From a virus (taxonomy: Duplodnaviria > Caudoviricetes), in IMG/VR virus record IMGVR_UViG_3300032233_002494, positions 1 through 25,727 of that record: DNA of 25,727 bases. The stretch is one strand, 5' to 3'. Below the pieces are notes generated by a model. The model saw only the letters and a list, made by a program, of their open reading frames with translations, was not told where the DNA came from and searched no databases. Positions 25,480 to 25,727 of the stretch are shown in pieces. Every line of letters begins with the position of its first letter. Positions within the stretch are counted from its first letter, which is position 1. The translations under genes and the position numbers were made by a program.

Positions 25480-25727
25480 GACCTATTAAATCAAAAGATC
25501 TACTTGAACTTGATAAGAATCTTGAGGTAGTAAAACTTCAATGCTACCCAATCCCAGAACAAGTTATTTGGCAGGCAGGTAAGGGTGATTATTCTGAAGT
25601 TCCAATTCATCAAGTGGAAGTTCCTAGCAATCAAAAATGTGGTGAGTGGGTTGTAGAACAACTTCTGGCAAATGAAAGGGGACATTGGGGACCTTTAGAG
25701 CATCCACAAATTACATTTTCTTGTGCT
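25476..25727 (+). CDS. thyX: Flavin-dependent thymidylate synthase (3'-truncated), cyanobacterial type
   Basis: Hand translation from the ATGA overlap gives MRPIKSKDLL...PEQVIWQAGKGDYS...CGEWVVEQLLANERGHWGPLEHPQITFSCA. GHxxPLEH is the ThyX N-terminal motif. Confidence 0.88.
   Translation, partial: MRPIKSKDLLELDKNLEVVKLQCYPIPEQVIWQAGKGDYSEVPIHQVEVPSNQKCGEWVVEQLLANERGHWGPLEHPQITFSCA

Noticed and set aside
2351-25685. Other short minus-strand and off-frame ORFs in the track (e.g. 2351-2578, 3963-4202, 10212-10460, 25183-25371, 25500-25685)
   Set aside because: All overlap well-supported + strand genes and carry no recognisable motifs.

Overview
This AT-rich window has every credible gene on the + strand and reads as part of a T4-like cyanophage (Kyanoviridae-like) genome. 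The evidence is T4-type late promoter boxes (TATAAATA/CTAAATA), a CPYC glutaredoxin, a cyanobacterial-type ThyX, glutamine-riboswitch-like RNA motifs and small genes resembling conserved cyanophage ones. It has three parts. (1) 1-4560 is a fibre/adhesin module: the 3' end of a collagen-like fibre gene with a C-terminal S74-type intramolecular chaperone, two 7-bladed RCC1 propeller genes built from near-identical ~153-bp repeats with hypervariable patches, and a DUF4376-like gene. (2) 4585-21498 is a ~17-kb glycan-modification island (GT9-like/TPR, GT17, GT2s, GT47-like, GT11, GT25, sulfotransferase, methyltransferases, propeller glycosidase) with a third RCC1 gene embedded in it. (3) 21532-25727 holds core-like genes, a late-expressed putative internal head protein, and a tandem glutamine-riboswitch-like element whose second unit encloses a complete 50-codon ORF, followed by a downstream peptide and partial thyX. 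The strongest candidates for new biology are the mosaic RCC1 repeat set, as a recombination-diversified adhesin repertoire, and the ORF nested within a riboswitch. All family calls come from motif recognition by eye; no database searches were run.
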